Source: Rhodothermales bacterium (GTDB taxonomy: Bacteria > Bacteroidota > Rhodothermia > Rhodothermales > Bin80). Taken from it: a DNA stretch of 64,000 nucleotides. The position numbers and the translations under genes were made by a program. The DNA is taken from assembly GCA_965203305.1 (NCBI GenBank), contig OZ241874.1:3697687-3761686 (forward strand). The letters run 5' to 3'. Position 1 is the first letter of the stretch; each line of letters begins with the position of its first letter. Under the pieces are notes generated by a model. That model did no database searches and was not told where the DNA came from. It worked only from the letters and a program-made list of their open reading frames with translations. Of this stretch, positions 39,891 through 50,194 are shown piece by piece.

Positions 39891-42392
39891 TTATTTCAGC
39901 ATCCCCCGATTTTCCTGTACCTGAATCAGAGCAGGCAGGAAGAGCAGCGCAGCCAGAAGCGTCGCCCCAATGCCGGTAACCGCCAGCCCTCCCACCGTGT
40001 TCAGTCCAGGGTGGAAACTCAACAGGAGTCCTCCAAACCCGACCATGGTCGTCACCGCCCCCATGGTCACATGCTCTCCAGTGGTGCGCAGAATACGCCA
40101 GAGAGCACCCGCTCCCTCCTCCCGGTAACGGTGCACCAGATGAGCCCCTGCATCGTTTCCAATCCCGATGATCGCAGGAATCACGAGAAGGTTGTAAAAA
40201 TTGAGCCGCACGCCAAATACCTGCATCAGCAAAATCATCCAGAAAATTCCGATCACAAGAGGGAGCATCGCCAGAAGTGCCCACCGAAATTTCCCGAAAT
40301 TAATCCACATCAGGAGCGTCACGATAACCAGTGTCGCCAAAACCATGTACGGACTCTCCCGCTGCATGAGCCGCAAAACATCGGCAGCCACAATGGAGGC
40401 AGATCCCGCATGATATATATTTCCATCTTCGGTCGTAATGCCGGAGACATCTGCAGCAAATGCCATGGACTTGCGCCCGTCTGAGAGTCCGACTGCCGGC
40501 AGGATGATGATATACCCGCCCAGTTCCCCTGACTTGGACATGAACCGCCTGCTGAGAAGCTCCGGCACATCCGCAATCTGTATGGGGACTCTTGTCTGCG
40601 CAGCCCTCCGAACCCGGTCCAGGTCTGTATTTCCCGCAAACACGGGATCGGACAACAAGGAATCCCGAATGTGGGCAATCCGTGCAATCTTCTCGACCTG
40701 CCTCTCCGAGGCCAGCGGAAAACGATCCTGAAGCGTTTCCACACCCCGGATTGTCGTCCGAAAACTGTCCGTACCTACTATATGCAGTACCGTGTCCTGC
40801 GCAATCCTGGCCCGCAAGGCCTCCGCTACCGCAGGAGTTTCTGCCGGGTCATTGACCACAATGTAGGCAGGATTTCTGCGATTGAAGTCGCTGTGTGCCC
40901 TCGCTACTTTCGAGTTCACGGCAATCCAGTCCTCGTATTCCGGTTCCAGAACCGAAAACCTGTACTCAAATTCCACCCGCGGGGCCATCAGCAGGGCGAT
41001 GACCGTAACGGCAATACATCCGACCAGAAGTCCGCGGGCTCCCGCCAGAGGTCCATGCACAAATGACTTTGCTGTCTGACTCCGCTCAAAATGCAGCAGC
41101 TTCCATCGCTCGCACAGGACCAGAAGTGCCGGCAGAACATGGAGCATCAAAAGAAGCGCAATCAGCACACCAGTCCCCGCCAGAAACCCGAACTCGCTAA
41201 ACCCCTTGAAGTCCGCTCCCATGAGTACATATAGTGCGGCGGCGGTCGTGAATGCTCCCACGGCAATCGCCTGCCCGGTACTCATGAATGTCTTCTCCGC
41301 CGCAGCCTCCACATTCCGCCCGTTTCCGCGTTCTTCCATGTAGCGGGCATAAAAGTGTATTCCGTAGTCTATTCCCAGACCAAAGAGAACCAGCCCCAGG
41401 GTTGAACTGAACAGATTCAGTGTCTCATAGACCAGAAAACCAATCGCTGCCGTCCAGATCAGGCTCATCAGGAGAGGAATTCCAATCAGCAGTGCAGTAA
41501 CCGGTGCACGAGCAAGTTCAGACCAGACGGCCCGTCTGCCCCGAAGCTGTACCGCTTTCGCAAAGAAGTACCCCATCAAGACCAGAAGCACCGCCAATGC
41601 TCCCGCACCAAAGGATCCCCTCACATCATCCGTAATTGTCCGTACCTCAGTGCGATGCCTCCACAGCCGGCCGGCGAGATAGGTTTCCATCTCCGCCTGA
41701 TAGGATTTGGGATCCGCATCCTGTATGACACGCTCCAGTGCACCGTAGATTTCCTCAATGTACCCCACATCCGAGGATGAGCCTGCCACAAAGAAACGGG
41801 CAACCAAAATCGTGCTGTCCGCACTAACCAGATACTCCGGCCCTATAATCTGGTCAAAGATCTCTTCCAGAGATTCCACATCCGGGTCATCTTCCAGCTC
41901 CTCTTCATCATCCAGACTGAAAAAGAACGGATTTGCGGCGAGCTTCGCGTCGGTAATCTCATCTTCCAGCCATGTTTGCAGTGTATTCAGCTCCTCTTCC
42001 GTCGCAAAATACAGACCATTGTCCGCCATGAATTCCGTATCCCTTCTCAGTTCCGCTCGCACAAAGAGAGGCTCATTCGTTGCAGAGTCGCGGAGTGCCA
42101 TCGCACGCGGAACCAGAGCCTCGGCAAACGCAAGATTCGCCGCAAAGGAGGGACTTTCCATGGCGAGATCCACAGAAACCTCCCCCGCCCCTATCGTCTC
42201 TTTGATCTTTTCCAGAGACTGAACGCTCGGGTATGACCGGGGAATCAGGCTGGCAAAATCCGGGTCAATCTTGAGCCGCCCTGCGAGCAGAACAGCTCCC
42301 AGAGAGATCAGAAAAGCAATCCCCAGAACCAGACCCGGATGCCGGACAACAAAGCGGATCCAGCCCTGCAACCGGCTAAACAGCAGTGTCAT
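39891..42392 (-). CDS. MMPL/RND-superfamily transporter (HpnN-like lipid exporter type)
   Basis: 833 aa with two blocks of ~6 TM helices, each preceded by a large loop. The N-terminus IRFVVRHPGLVLGIAFLISLGAVLLAGRLKIDPDFASLIP is typical of MMPL proteins. Confidence 0.8.
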   Translation of the reverse strand: MTLLFSRLQGWIRFVVRHPGLVLGIAFLISLGAVLLAGRLKIDPDFASLIPRSYPSVQSLEKIKETIGAGEVSVDLAMESPSFAANLAFAEALVPRAMALRDSATNEPLFVRAELRRDTEFMADNGLYFATEEELNTLQTWLEDEITDAKLAANPFFFSLDDEEELEDDPDVESLEEIFDQIIGPEYLVSADSTILVARFFVAGSSSDVGYIEEIYGALERVIQDADPKSYQAEMETYLAGRLWRHRTEVRTITDDVRGSFGAGALAVLLVLMGYFFAKAVQLRGRRAVWSELARAPVTALLIGIPLLMSLIWTAAIGFLVYETLNLFSSTLGLVLFGLGIDYGIHFYARYMEERGNGRNVEAAAEKTFMSTGQAIAVGAFTTAAALYVLMGADFKGFSEFGFLAGTGVLIALLLMLHVLPALLVLCERWKLLHFERSQTAKSFVHGPLAGARGLLVGCIAVTVIALLMAPRVEFEYRFSVLEPEYEDWIAVNSKVARAHSDFNRRNPAYIVVNDPAETPAVAEALRARIAQDTVLHIVGTDSFRTTIRGVETLQDRFPLASERQVEKIARIAHIRDSLLSDPVFAGNTDLDRVRRAAQTRVPIQIADVPELLSRRFMSKSGELGGYIIILPAVGLSDGRKSMAFAADVSGITTEDGNIYHAGSASIVAADVLRLMQRESPYMVLATLVIVTLLMWINFGKFRWALLAMLPLVIGIFWMILLMQVFGVRLNFYNLLVIPAIIGIGNDAGAHLVHRYREEGAGALWRILRTTGEHVTMGAVTTMVGFGGLLLSFHPGLNTVGGLAVTGIGATLLAALLFLPALIQVQENRGMLK

Positions 42393-43111
42393 TCTTCCGT
42401 GATGACCACGATGTCGTCAAAGTATACATCGGCCTCCGTATTCGTATTGTCACTGTCATTCCAGATTACAATGTAAAGCGGATCCCCTGCCGGCGGTTTT
42501 CCGAACAGCCGCACATAGTCCTGAAGCACATTTCGTTCCACTTCAATCCACTCCCCTGTGATCTCGGCAGCAGTAGAGACAACAAGCACATGGAGCTTCC
42601 CGTAGCGCGACTGCGTCTCCCTGGGCAATGTGCTGCTGTATGTATACTTTATTGTACACGGTCGCCCGAGCCAGTCATTGCATCCGAAGGCAACATACAG
42701 GGCAGCCCCTGTATCATTCTGCTTCCTTTTATCTTCTCTTGCCCCGACGGGAAGCCTGTCTGCCCTCCATCGCCAGCGCAGGCGGGGGAAGTAATCCAGA
42801 TCCCAGTCCAGCCCGTCTCCTCGCGGCAACGCAATCTGTACGGACTCCCCCTGTGTATATGCACGCAGAACCTTTCCGCTCTCCTCTGCCACAATGTTCA
42901 CAAAATCGTTGGATTTGGCATGATCCGGTGGCAGGGGACGCATGCTCTTTGATCTTCGGTCAGGAATTTTCCACAGGAAGGGAAGATCATCTGCATTGTA
43001 CGCCTCAAAATCCTCAATCACCCGCAAATGCTGTGCTAGCGCATCCGGGACACAGGACCCTGAAAGAAGAAGGAAGGAGAGAAAACAGATCACTCGCATG
43101 CCTGTACTCAT
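42389..43111 (-). CDS. Secreted DUF3047-family protein
   Basis: Signal peptide. The RLRWRWRADRLPVGAREDKRKQNDTGAALYVAF segment matches the DUF3047 pattern as I recall it. It has 4-bp overlaps with both neighbours. Confidence 0.65.
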   Translation of the reverse strand: MSTGMRVICFLSFLLLSGSCVPDALAQHLRVIEDFEAYNADDLPFLWKIPDRRSKSMRPLPPDHAKSNDFVNIVAEESGKVLRAYTQGESVQIALPRGDGLDWDLDYFPRLRWRWRADRLPVGAREDKRKQNDTGAALYVAFGCNDWLGRPCTIKYTYSSTLPRETQSRYGKLHVLVVSTAAEITGEWIEVERNVLQDYVRLFGKPPAGDPLYIVIWNDSDNTNTEADVYFDDIVVITEE

Positions 43112-44085
43112 GAAGATGCAGATTCTGATGTCGCGTTCAGTGCGGATTTGGTCACTGATTTCGGGTCTTCCCCGTTCTCTGGCATGCGGACGGAAAGTGT
43201 TACGAAGAAGATCAGGTTGATCAGCCGGTTTACCAGTGCCACGGCACCAAACAGCGCAGCAATGTCGGCTTCGGACACCTCCATCGCTCCTGCCATGCCT
43301 ACAGCTACGGCCATGGTCAGCAAATCATGATTCGGAATGAATGGAATCCGGACAATAATCACAGAGATTGCAGCATACGTAAACCATACCTTCAATGGAA
43401 CCTCTGGCATGGCCAGATGCCACAGACAAATCTCCAGCGTATGCCACAGAAGCAGACGCATGACATGAAGTCCGAAAATAATGCGTGTGACTTTCCATGA
43501 CATGGAAAAAAGATGACGACGCCACTTGAAAATGAGAACAATCAGGATCAGCGTGATCGCCACCCCACCAATTATGGCAATCATGTGTGTGTCTGGGATC
43601 AGATTCCGTATGTTGACCTTGCCCTCCAGCGCGAAAAACGGAAGAAGGAGTATGGCTATGGATGTTGAGGCAGCCGCAGAAACAATGTTCATGTCGCGAA
43701 CACACTCCAGCAGAGACCGACTTGACTGGGCGACATGATCCTGTGCCCAGGAAAAGATGTACACCTCCCCCGAGTATCCCAGAACGTCCTTGTTCAGAAT
43801 TCGCTTCTTGATAAATGCACGAAACGCAGGGCCCGGCCGAAAATCCCACACGACCCGGTACGCCAGAAACTGACAGACCGGCAGCAGAAAGTACAGAAGC
43901 ACCAGAAGGGCATAAAAACCGGGATTCCGGGGCAAACCCAAAAACACATCACGGAACTGTACCTCCCGCAACTGCCACACCAGAAACAGAATAATGCTGA
44001 TCGTGAAAACTGCCCGTGCCACACGCAGGATACGCCTGCCCTGCTGCGTAGTCCTCAACTGAACCAGACGCTCGCGTATCCCCAT
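43108..44085 (-). CDS. Polytopic membrane protein, flippase-like / LPG-synthase-TM (UPF0104)-like
   Basis: 325 aa with ~8 hydrophobic helices. First gene of the MMPL operon. The family assignment is tentative. Confidence 0.45.
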   Translation of the reverse strand: MGIRERLVQLRTTQQGRRILRVARAVFTISIILFLVWQLREVQFRDVFLGLPRNPGFYALLVLLYFLLPVCQFLAYRVVWDFRPGPAFRAFIKKRILNKDVLGYSGEVYIFSWAQDHVAQSSRSLLECVRDMNIVSAAASTSIAILLLPFFALEGKVNIRNLIPDTHMIAIIGGVAITLILIVLIFKWRRHLFSMSWKVTRIIFGLHVMRLLLWHTLEICLWHLAMPEVPLKVWFTYAAISVIIVRIPFIPNHDLLTMAVAVGMAGAMEVSEADIAALFGAVALVNRLINLIFFVTLSVRMPENGEDPKSVTKSALNATSESASS

Positions 44086-44174
44086 GAATCAGTATTTTGA
44101 CCTTCTGGAGGCTTTGCGAGTATGAAGGGCCATTCCGTATCTTTGGTGATTCCGTACTGTCATTACATCCGTAG

Positions 44175-44603
44175 ATGAGCCAGCAAAACTCCGGTCATAC
44201 CTTTGATTCCCTGAACATAGGAGATACATTTGACTTCCATCGCTACCTCAGCGAGGATGATGTTCTGACATTTGCCCAGGTGACCGGAGATGACAATCCC
44301 CTTCATGTGGATTCCGAATATGCCAGACAAACCAGATTTGGAGACCGCATCGTCCATGGTGTACTGCTTCTGGGGCTCATTTCCAAGGTTCTTGGGCGCG
44401 ACTTTCCCGGCCCCGGGAGTGTGGCTGTTTCCATTTCGTGCCGCTTTCTGCGTCCCGTACGCGTAAACTCGGAAGTGCGGGTTTCGGTCAAGATCACGGA
44501 AAAGTTCAAAAAACGGCGTCATGTAAAGGCAGAGACAAATGTGTTCAACGATGCCAACAAAATGGTGCTGGCCGGAGAAGCAACCATCATTCCTCCATCG
44601 TAG
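44175..44603 (+). CDS. MaoC-like (R)-specific enoyl-CoA hydratase / hot-dog fold dehydratase
   Basis: FAQVTGDDNPLHVD...GDRIVHGVLL motif. 142 aa. Confidence 0.8.
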   Translation: MSQQNSGHTFDSLNIGDTFDFHRYLSEDDVLTFAQVTGDDNPLHVDSEYARQTRFGDRIVHGVLLLGLISKVLGRDFPGPGSVAVSISCRFLRPVRVNSEVRVSVKITEKFKKRRHVKAETNVFNDANKMVLAGEATIIPPS

Positions 44604-45732
44604 CTGCAACAACCTCTCCATCGTGAATCTGTACACACTGGTTGGGGGCTCCCCACTCCGCAATTCGGGGGCGCAACTGCTCAGAATCGGCAGCGGTCAG
44701 GAGGCTCTGCCCCGTAGAGGAGTCTCGCAGCCAGTCCAGAATGACCTCTGTCCGCCTCGGATCCAGGGAATCAAACACATCATCAAGAAGGAGAATGGGT
44801 TTTTCCTCCAGACGGGAATCCAGATACTGATACTGGGCCAGCTTTAGTGCGATGGCAAATGACCTGTGCTGGCCGGTGGAGGCAAATCGCCGAACTTCCT
44901 GTCCGTCCAGCTTGAAAACCAGTTCATCCCGATGCGGTCCTGTGGTAGTCCGTCCCAGTTCCATGTCACGACTGGTTGCATTCTCAAGAGCGGACAGAAG
45001 GGCGGCTTCTGCCTCTTCCGCCGAGACGTGGCTCTTTTTGGGAACGGATGCCTGGTACCGAATCACGGGCTCTTCAATGGCTTCTCCCAGTCGTTTCCAT
45101 GCGCGTCTCAGTTCTTCGCCGAATTTCTCCAGAAAATCCGAACGACGGGCAATGATTCGCCCTCCAAAACGGGCCAGCACGGCATTCAGGGGGGCGACCA
45201 TTCTCTCGTCTGCAGGGCGGCCCCGGTGAGTGGAAAGATATTCGTTCCGCTGCCGCAGAGCGCGCCGATATTCAATGAGATCTTCCAGGTGAGCAGGCCG
45301 GGCCTGGCTGAGCATGCTGTTCAGGAATTTTCGCCGCTCTTCCGGTCCTCCATAGGTTAAACTCTGATCTCCCGGTGCAAAAACAACCACAGGAACAACC
45401 CCGACAATATCCGCCAGTCGTTCCAGAGGGGATCCGTTCTGAAACATTCGCTTCCCTTCGCGGGCAGCAAATGCGATCCGTATGGTCACCTCGCGCCGCA
45501 GTGTCCCCTCAAATTTTCCTTCAATCTCAAAAAAATCTTTGCCCCGCTGAAGGACATAACGTTCCACATTGGTCAGAAAGCTCTTGGAAAGGCAGAGATA
45601 GTGAACCGCTTCCAGAATATTGGTTTTTCCCGCCCCGTTTGATCCGTACAGCAGGTTGATCCCCGGTGTCAGTGCCAGGGCAGAGCTGGCATGCGCCCGT
45701 GTGTTTCGCAGATGAAGTGAGCGCAGGATCAT
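44587..45732 (-). CDS. recF: DNA replication and repair protein RecF
   Basis: I trimmed the start to ATG 45732 (MILRSLHLRN). Walker A GSNGAGKTN, Walker B LLLDDVFDSLD and signature region STGQHRS. Confidence 0.9.
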   Translation of the reverse strand: MILRSLHLRNTRAHASSALALTPGINLLYGSNGAGKTNILEAVHYLCLSKSFLTNVERYVLQRGKDFFEIEGKFEGTLRREVTIRIAFAAREGKRMFQNGSPLERLADIVGVVPVVVFAPGDQSLTYGGPEERRKFLNSMLSQARPAHLEDLIEYRRALRQRNEYLSTHRGRPADERMVAPLNAVLARFGGRIIARRSDFLEKFGEELRRAWKRLGEAIEEPVIRYQASVPKKSHVSAEEAEAALLSALENATSRDMELGRTTTGPHRDELVFKLDGQEVRRFASTGQHRSFAIALKLAQYQYLDSRLEEKPILLLDDVFDSLDPRRTEVILDWLRDSSTGQSLLTAADSEQLRPRIAEWGAPNQCVQIHDGEVVAATMEE

Positions 45733-45843
45733 GGAAGAGAGGAGAGGACAGCCCATGCGTACGCAAGGTTCCCGTATTCGTTCGCAAGGCGGTTCATTTG
45801 TGCAAGTAAAGCGTATACCTGCGCTGTTCATTCATCACTGTCC

Positions 45844-46758
45844 ATGCCTGCGCCTCCACCACTGTTTACCGAGCTTCAGAATCTGGTCACGGAACAGCGG
45901 AATCCGAACTCACTGAACATTGATCACGCTTCGGTAGAAGAGATCCTCACAATTATCAATACGGAAGATCAACGGGTCCCTCATGCCGTGAAACAGGAGC
46001 TCCCATACATTGCAGAGGCTGTGGATATTGTGACAGACGCACTCCGTGGCGGCGGCCGTCTGTTTTATGTCGGAGCAGGAACCAGCGGACGACTCGGAAT
46101 CCTGGATGCGTCGGAATGTCCGCCCACATTCGGATCTTCCCCCGAAGATATTCAGGGGATTATTGCCGGCGGGAAAGCAGCGGTTTTCCGTGCACAGGAA
46201 GGGGCGGAGGATATCGCCTCGGACGGGGCAGATGCGCTTGTCAATGCTGGTGTATGTGCACAGGATGTAGTCTGCGGCATCGCGGCGAGCAGGCGCACCC
46301 CTTTTGTGGTTGGGGCTATTGCCAAAGCCCGTGAGATCGGATGCAAAACGCTGTTCGTTACCTGCAACCCCCGTTCTGCCTTTGATCTGGAGGTGAATGT
46401 GGCGATCTGTGTCGTGGTAGGGCCGGAAGTGATCATGGGATCCACACGCATGAAAAGCGGAACGGCCCAGAAGCTGGTGCTCAACATGATCACTACTGCC
46501 TCCATGATTCGGCTAGGCAAAGTGTACCAGAATATGATGGTGGACCTGCAAATGACTGCCGAAAAGCTGACCCAGCGATCCCGCCGAACCGTAATGACAG
46601 TTACCGGACTGGGGTATGACGAGGCAACCAGAGCACTGGAAGCCGCCGACGGACATGTCAAAACTGCACTGGTTATGATCCTTGGAGGGGTTTCAAAGCA
46701 GGAAGCCCTGACCCGGCTGGAACATTCCGGCGGATTTGTGCGTGGTGCACTGGAGTAG
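45844..46758 (+). CDS. murQ: N-acetylmuramic acid 6-phosphate etherase
   Basis: SIS domain GAGTSGRLGILDASECPPTFG, GSTRMKSGTAQK and MVDLQ. Confidence 0.9.
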   Translation: MPAPPPLFTELQNLVTEQRNPNSLNIDHASVEEILTIINTEDQRVPHAVKQELPYIAEAVDIVTDALRGGGRLFYVGAGTSGRLGILDASECPPTFGSSPEDIQGIIAGGKAAVFRAQEGAEDIASDGADALVNAGVCAQDVVCGIAASRRTPFVVGAIAKAREIGCKTLFVTCNPRSAFDLEVNVAICVVVGPEVIMGSTRMKSGTAQKLVLNMITTASMIRLGKVYQNMMVDLQMTAEKLTQRSRRTVMTVTGLGYDEATRALEAADGHVKTALVMILGGVSKQEALTRLEHSGGFVRGALE

Positions 46759-46810
46759 CAGGGCCTGTTTGAATCGGAAGTGTTTCACATGAAACATCTG
46801 ACTGTGCGCT

Positions 46811-49800
46811 TTGGATTTGCCTGAAATTTCGTTGCGAAAACTGTCCTCCGGCCTGTGCCAGGCCCCTTCCTTCCAGGCGTTTTATGCCTGGTGCAAAGAG
46901 ACGCGGGGAACAAAAGAGTGCCTTCTGCAGGATACACCCGGCTCGCTGGTGGCGTTCCTGCTTCAGCGTGCCTGGGAGAGCGGCCGCTCTCTGGTCTGCG
47001 TTCTTCCGGATCTGGAGGATGCCCGCCTGCTGCATGGCGATCTGACAGAACTGGGACTTCCCAGCCTGCTCTATCCACCGTTCGGATCTTCCCCCTATGA
47101 TGACGAACAGGTGGAAGACACAGTACCCATGGTTCGCCGGCATGACATTCTTCAGCAACTGGATGCCAGTGCGCAAGCTCTTGTCGTTACGGGACTGCAG
47201 GCTGTCCTGGAACGAATGCCTGCCCCGGAAAAAACGCTGGCAGAATCTGTTACGGTACGCACACAGGAGCGCATTTCGCCAGAAAAGCTCATTGACCTGC
47301 TTGCGAAAAAGGGATTTGTTCGTGTCCCCTTTGTTCAGGAGGCAGGAGAACTGGCATGGCGGGGAGGAATTGTGGATGTATTTCCGTTTTCTGGCGGGCT
47401 TCCCCTGCGCCTTGAATTTTTTGGCAATGAACTGGAGTCCATCAGAGAATTTGATGCGGTGAGCCAGCGGTCCGTCAGCCGACTGGAAACGGCACGGCTG
47501 GTCCCTCAGCCAGCCCATGTCTCCCGAGAGATGCCCTGGATCTCCCTGCTGGAACACATTGCCGACGACTCTCTCCTGGTTCTTTTTGAAGAGCCCCGAA
47601 TGAAAGAGAAGGCGCAATCCATATGGGAAGAAATTCAGGAGAAGTATGGTGCGAAGGTTCAGTCCGGGCATGAGTGTCCCTCTCCAGAGTCCAGATACCT
47701 TTCTCCCGAGATGCTTTCCCGCATGTGTTCATCAAGAGCGAGAGTGCATATGCACGCCTCGCTTTCTCGTCCCGTTGAGACCATTGAAGTGGGCGGCCGC
47801 CCCCAGCCCCCATTTGGCGGAGAAATGGATGTGGTCCGATCTGACCTGGCCGAACCCGGACGGCAGCACACATACATCATTTGTGACAGCCCGGGACAAC
47901 AAAAACGTGTCAAGTCCCTGCTGGAAGAGGTCAGGGATACTGGCAGGGTGACGTTCCTCGTTGCCTCGCTCCACCGCGGATTTTCCCTGCCATCTACAGG
48001 TCTGGCAGTATATACTGATCACGAAATCTTTGGGAGATACTTTCGACCACGGCGGACCCGAAAAATTGCCCGGACCGGTGGAATCCGCCTGCAGGAACTC
48101 CAGAACCTGAAACCCGGAGACTTTGTGGTGCACAAGGAATATGGAATTGGCAAGTTTGCAGGATTCAGAACGATCCAGGTCAAAGGACGTGACCAGGAAT
48201 CGGTTCGGCTCATCTATGCCAATGACGATGTTCTGTTTGTCAATGTGAATGCGCTCCACAAGCTGAGCAAGTATGCCGGCAAGGACGGCCAGGTCCCTTC
48301 CCTTACCCGGCTGGGTACAGGACAGTGGGAACGCGCAAAGAGTCGGGCAAAGGGTCGCATCAAGGACATTGCACGAAGCCTGATCAGCCTCTATGCACAG
48401 CGCAAATCCTCCGAGGGACATGCGTTTGCACCGGATTCGGTCTGGCAGCAAGAGCTTGAGGCTTCCTTCCCGTGGCAGGATACCCCGGATCAATATGAAG
48501 CGGCGGAGGCGGTCAAGCGTGATATGGAATCTCCGGCTCCCATGGACCGGCTGGTGTGCGGAGATGTAGGTTTCGGAAAAACCGAGGTGGCGGTTCGCGC
48601 CGCGTTCAAGGCGGTTCAGGATGGCAGGCAGGTTGCCATCTTGGTGCCAACCACCGTACTGGCCCAGCAGCACTATCTCACCTTTCGCAAACGCCTGGAG
48701 CACTTCCCCGTGCGTGTTGAGATGATTTCCCGGCGTGTTACTGGTGCCGATGTTCGCAACCTGCTCTCCGAAGTGAAGCAGGGAAAGGTAGACATTCTGG
48801 TCGGTACACAGCGTCTGGTTTCCAGGGATGTTTCCTTCCAGAATCTGGGACTTCTGATTGTGGACGAGGAGCAGCGATTCGGGGTCAGGATCAAGGAGAA
48901 GCTGCGCAAATTGCGTGTCAATGTGGATACGCTGACTCTGACAGCTACCCCCATTCCCCGTACGCTGCAATTTTCGCTTATCGGTGCCCGAGATCTTTCC
49001 ATCATCGGCACTCCTCCCCCGAACCGACAGCCCATTCATACCCAGATCCATTCTTCGGACTGGACCCTCATACGTGATGCCATCCTGCATGAGGTGAACC
49101 GGGGAGGACAGATTTTCTTTATTCACAATCGGATCGCCTCTATTGAAGACCTGCACACCCGTCTGCAGGACCTTGTGCCCGGGGTTCGCCTGCGCATCGG
49201 TCATGGACAGATGCCTCCCGCAGAACTGGAGCGAGTTATGACCGATTTTGTCAGTCACAAGTTTGACGTTCTGCTGTGTACTTCCATTGTAGAAAATGGA
49301 CTTGACATTGCCAATGCGAACACGATCATCATTGACCGGGCCCACCTGTTTGGCCTGGCCGAAATCCACCAGCTGCGCGGGCGAGTGGGACGCAGCGACC
49401 GCAAGGCGTTCTGTTACCTGCTGGTCCCCTCCATTCATGCCCTGAGCCGGGATGCCCGCCAGCGGTTGCAGGCTGTGGAACAGTTCAGCGACCTCGGGAG
49501 CGGATTCCATATTGCCATGCGAGACCTGGATATCCGGGGCGCAGGAAATATTCTTGGCGGGGAGCAGAGCGGATTTATTGCGGACCTTGGACTAGGTACG
49601 TATTACCAGATGCTGGATGAGGCTGTTCGCGAATTAAGAAAGGAAGAATTTTCCGAGATTTTCAAGGATGTTGAACTGCCCCGGACCGAGGATACCACGG
49701 TTGATCTTGAAGTGAACGCCTCTTTGCCCAAAGCCTATGTAACCAGTGATCTTGAACGCCTGTCGCTGTATCGCCGAATTGGGGAAGCTGCAGATCATCC

Positions 49801-50194
49801 TGCCCTGGACGAACTGGAGGAGGAGCTTCACGACCGTTTTGGTCCACTCCCTGCACCGGCATGCCAGCTGTTCCTCGGAGCACGGATGCGGCTTCTGGCG
49901 CAGTCACTGCGACTGCCGCGAATCACATTTCGGAATCAGCGTCTGTTTCTGCGACTCCCGGACCATGATGCAGATCAGCAGTTCTATGCAGAACTGTTTG
50001 ATCCATTCCTGCAGGCACTGGACGAATTTCCGCACTCGTATGTACTGAAGGAATCGAAGGCAGGAAAGATGCGTGCGATCGTGCAGGGGGTTCCGACCGT
50101 AGAGGCCGCGCATTCCCTTCTTTGCCAGCTACATGCTAGCCTGACTTTACCTGAACCGCAATGCGAATCGTTGCCGGAACCGGCAGAAGTGTGA
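46811..50194 (+). CDS. mfd: Transcription-repair coupling factor
   Basis: CarD-like GDFVVHKEYGIGKF. Helicase motifs GDVGFGKTEVA and DEEQRFG. TRG-type RGRVGRS. TTG start at 46811. 1127 aa. Confidence 0.95.
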   Translation: MDLPEISLRKLSSGLCQAPSFQAFYAWCKETRGTKECLLQDTPGSLVAFLLQRAWESGRSLVCVLPDLEDARLLHGDLTELGLPSLLYPPFGSSPYDDEQVEDTVPMVRRHDILQQLDASAQALVVTGLQAVLERMPAPEKTLAESVTVRTQERISPEKLIDLLAKKGFVRVPFVQEAGELAWRGGIVDVFPFSGGLPLRLEFFGNELESIREFDAVSQRSVSRLETARLVPQPAHVSREMPWISLLEHIADDSLLVLFEEPRMKEKAQSIWEEIQEKYGAKVQSGHECPSPESRYLSPEMLSRMCSSRARVHMHASLSRPVETIEVGGRPQPPFGGEMDVVRSDLAEPGRQHTYIICDSPGQQKRVKSLLEEVRDTGRVTFLVASLHRGFSLPSTGLAVYTDHEIFGRYFRPRRTRKIARTGGIRLQELQNLKPGDFVVHKEYGIGKFAGFRTIQVKGRDQESVRLIYANDDVLFVNVNALHKLSKYAGKDGQVPSLTRLGTGQWERAKSRAKGRIKDIARSLISLYAQRKSSEGHAFAPDSVWQQELEASFPWQDTPDQYEAAEAVKRDMESPAPMDRLVCGDVGFGKTEVAVRAAFKAVQDGRQVAILVPTTVLAQQHYLTFRKRLEHFPVRVEMISRRVTGADVRNLLSEVKQGKVDILVGTQRLVSRDVSFQNLGLLIVDEEQRFGVRIKEKLRKLRVNVDTLTLTATPIPRTLQFSLIGARDLSIIGTPPPNRQPIHTQIHSSDWTLIRDAILHEVNRGGQIFFIHNRIASIEDLHTRLQDLVPGVRLRIGHGQMPPAELERVMTDFVSHKFDVLLCTSIVENGLDIANANTIIIDRAHLFGLAEIHQLRGRVGRSDRKAFCYLLVPSIHALSRDARQRLQAVEQFSDLGSGFHIAMRDLDIRGAGNILGGEQSGFIADLGLGTYYQMLDEAVRELRKEEFSEIFKDVELPRTEDTTVDLEVNASLPKAYVTSDLERLSLYRRIGEAADHPALDELEEELHDRFGPLPAPACQLFLGARMRLLAQSLRLPRITFRNQRLFLRLPDHDADQQFYAELFDPFLQALDEFPHSYVLKESKAGKMRAIVQGVPTVEAAHSLLCQLHASLTLPEPQCESLPEPAEV

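Noticed and set aside
46782-46795. Inverted repeat gtttca-ca-tgaaac between murQ and mfd as a terminator.
   Set aside because: The stem is AT-rich with a loop that is too small, and no T-tract follows. It is not a convincing intrinsic terminator.
47732-49510. 592-aa ORF antisense to mfd. Similar long antisense ORFs occur at 4939..5982 (in gltA), 28088..29182 (in the BatA-like gene), 53355..54155 (in mnmE/yidC) and 24780..25499 (in gyrB).
   Set aside because: All are embedded opposite well-supported conserved genes. They have skewed, low-complexity-like composition and no recognisable domains. I treated them as shadow ORFs.
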